58,397 nucleotides of DNA from an uncultured Ruminococcus sp. (GTDB lineage: Bacteria; Bacillota; Clostridia; Oscillospirales; Acutalibacteraceae). Each line of letters begins with the position of its first letter. Positions within the stretch are counted from its first letter, which is position 1. The notes beneath the pieces are model-generated. The model saw only the letters and a program-made list of their open reading frames with translations. It searched no databases and was not told the origin of the DNA. Shown one piece after another: positions 57,536-58,397 of the stretch. A program made the translations under genes and the position numbers. The stretch covers positions 1-58,397 of the forward strand of contig CADBTV010000065.1 in NCBI GenBank assembly GCA_902797655.1, in the 5' to 3' direction.

Positions 57536-58225
57536 TTAGTCATTGACAATGGTTTCAAATGTTTCTAAATCTTCTATGGTTGTGATTTTAAAGTTGCGCT
57601 CACTGCCCTCCACGAGTCGGATTTTCATACCATGGCGGTAGGCAATCTCGCTGCTTCCGGCGGTTGTCGCAATTTCATCATCAGAAACTGAGTTATGTAT
57701 ATCAAGGTATTTTTTGAAGTCAAAGCTTTCGGGAGCCTGTCCGGCAAAGAGCTCGCTTCTTTTTAGGAGGTTATCAATACTCTTGCCGTCCTTGCTCTGA
57801 TAGATAGTGTCCTTGACAGAAATCACAGGCATCGCGCCGTCATCCTCAATCGCTCCGGTAAGACAATCGTCGATAATTTTATCGGACACAAGCGGCCTTG
57901 CCGCGTCATGGATGATAACGACATCCGTACCCTCGGTGTTCTTTTCTGTGGATAACAATCCGTTGTAAATCGAGTGCTGGCGCGTTCTTCCGGCAGGAGC
58001 ATAGCCCTTAACCTTGGTAATGCCGTATTTCTCGACATTCTCCTGAACATAATCCTTCCACTCGTCACTGACAACAATAATAATGTTGTCGATATTTTTA
58101 TGCTTCTCAAAAATATCAAGACAATAAACAATTATCGGTTTATCTTTAACAACAAGATACTGCTTCGGACGGTCAACTCCCATTCTGGAGCCGACGCCGC
58201 CGGCAAGAATTATAGCCGTATTCAT
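57536..58225 (-). CDS. IspD/TarI family alditol-phosphate cytidylyltransferase
   Basis: ILAGG.GSRMG...PKQY, G.TRQ.S, HDAARP, GQAPESF, N.KITT.EDL; GGAGG SD. Confidence 0.9.
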   Translation of the reverse strand: MNTAIILAGGVGSRMGVDRPKQYLVVKDKPIIVYCLDIFEKHKNIDNIIIVVSDEWKDYVQENVEKYGITKVKGYAPAGRTRQHSIYNGLLSTEKNTEGTDVVIIHDAARPLVSDKIIDDCLTGAIEDDGAMPVISVKDTIYQSKDGKSIDNLLKRSELFAGQAPESFDFKKYLDIHNSVSDDEIATTAGSSEIAYRHGMKIRLVEGSERNFKITTIEDLETFETIVND

Positions 58226-58257
58226 AACCCACCTCCGTTGAGTTGTTTCAATATATT

Positions 58258-58286
58258 ATAGTATCATAAAACACAGATAAAGTCAA
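58258..58286 (-). promoter_or_regulatory. Sigma-A promoter of the cytidylyltransferase cassette
   Basis: TTGACT-N17-TACTAT with extended -10 TG; an overlapping TATAAT lies 3 nt downstream. Confidence 0.6.
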
Positions 58287-58333
58287 TTTTCCAGTTGTTT
58301 TACAATATAACTAGGTTCTACTGAAAAACTCTT

Positions 58334-58396
58334 TCACGAACGCGTAGTATAATCGTCGATAAACGACAACAGCGTAAGAACAAACGCAATAATTCC
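58334..58396 (-). CDS. Possible C-terminus of a membrane protein entering from the right edge
   Basis: (-) frame reads GIIAFVLTLLSFIDDYTTRS*; too short to assign. Confidence 0.3.
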   Translation of the reverse strand, partial: GIIAFVLTLLSFIDDYTTRS

Positions 58397-58397
58397 T

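Noticed and set aside
57536-58225. Calling this ispD or tarI outright
   Set aside because: No ispF nearby; the context is alditol-phosphate polymer synthesis and the substrate is unresolved.
1-58397. CRISPR arrays, tRNA/rRNA, IS elements, prophage
   Set aside because: Intergenic gaps are all under ~180 nt and are explained by promoters, leaders or hairpins; no spaced direct repeats, cloverleafs, transposases or integrases seen by eye.

Overview
A 58 kb core-genome segment from a low-to-mid-GC Bacillota, probably a clostridial Oscillospirales (Ruminococcaceae-like) organism; this is inferred from gene order, sigma-A promoters, yunB, and the L19/L20 leaders. All ~57 credible genes are on the minus strand. 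In transcription order (right to left): an IspD/TarI-like cytidylyltransferase, a Zn-dependent alditol-phosphate dehydrogenase, an Rpe/AlsE-like epimerase and a TagF-like phosphotransferase; L20 leader-infC-rpmI-rplT; TrmH-family methylase-dprA-topA-trmFO-plsX-rnc-radical SAM-smc-ftsY-rdgB-yhbY-yqeK-rsfS-leuS-acyltransferase; rpsU-aroQ-M24 peptidase-efp-Zn-ribbon protein-yunB; miaB-ricA-like-mutS-mutL-miaA-orphan membrane-fusion-like protein-yggS-sepF-ylmH-divIVA-ileS-lspA-rluD; L19 leader-rplS-lepB-lepB-ylqF-rnhB-yraN-dipeptidase; thrC-phosphoesterase; tig-clpP-clpX-lon-engB-lysA; and an ECF sigma factor with a truncated putative anti-sigma gene. I saw no tRNA, rRNA, CRISPR array, transposase or phage gene. 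The best candidate for an undescribed system is the right-hand four-gene cassette: its epimerase has AlsE-like (hexulose-6-phosphate) signatures, which suggests a CDP-hexitol route to an unusual teichoic-acid-like polymer. This is a hypothesis from motifs only. Other notable points: a radical SAM gene whose CxxxCxxC motif can only be translated from a non-canonical ATT start; an ATC start for infC; one 11-mer shared by three intergenic hairpins; a LysW-like Zn ribbon beside efp; and no nadD, acpP or T-boxes at their usual sites.
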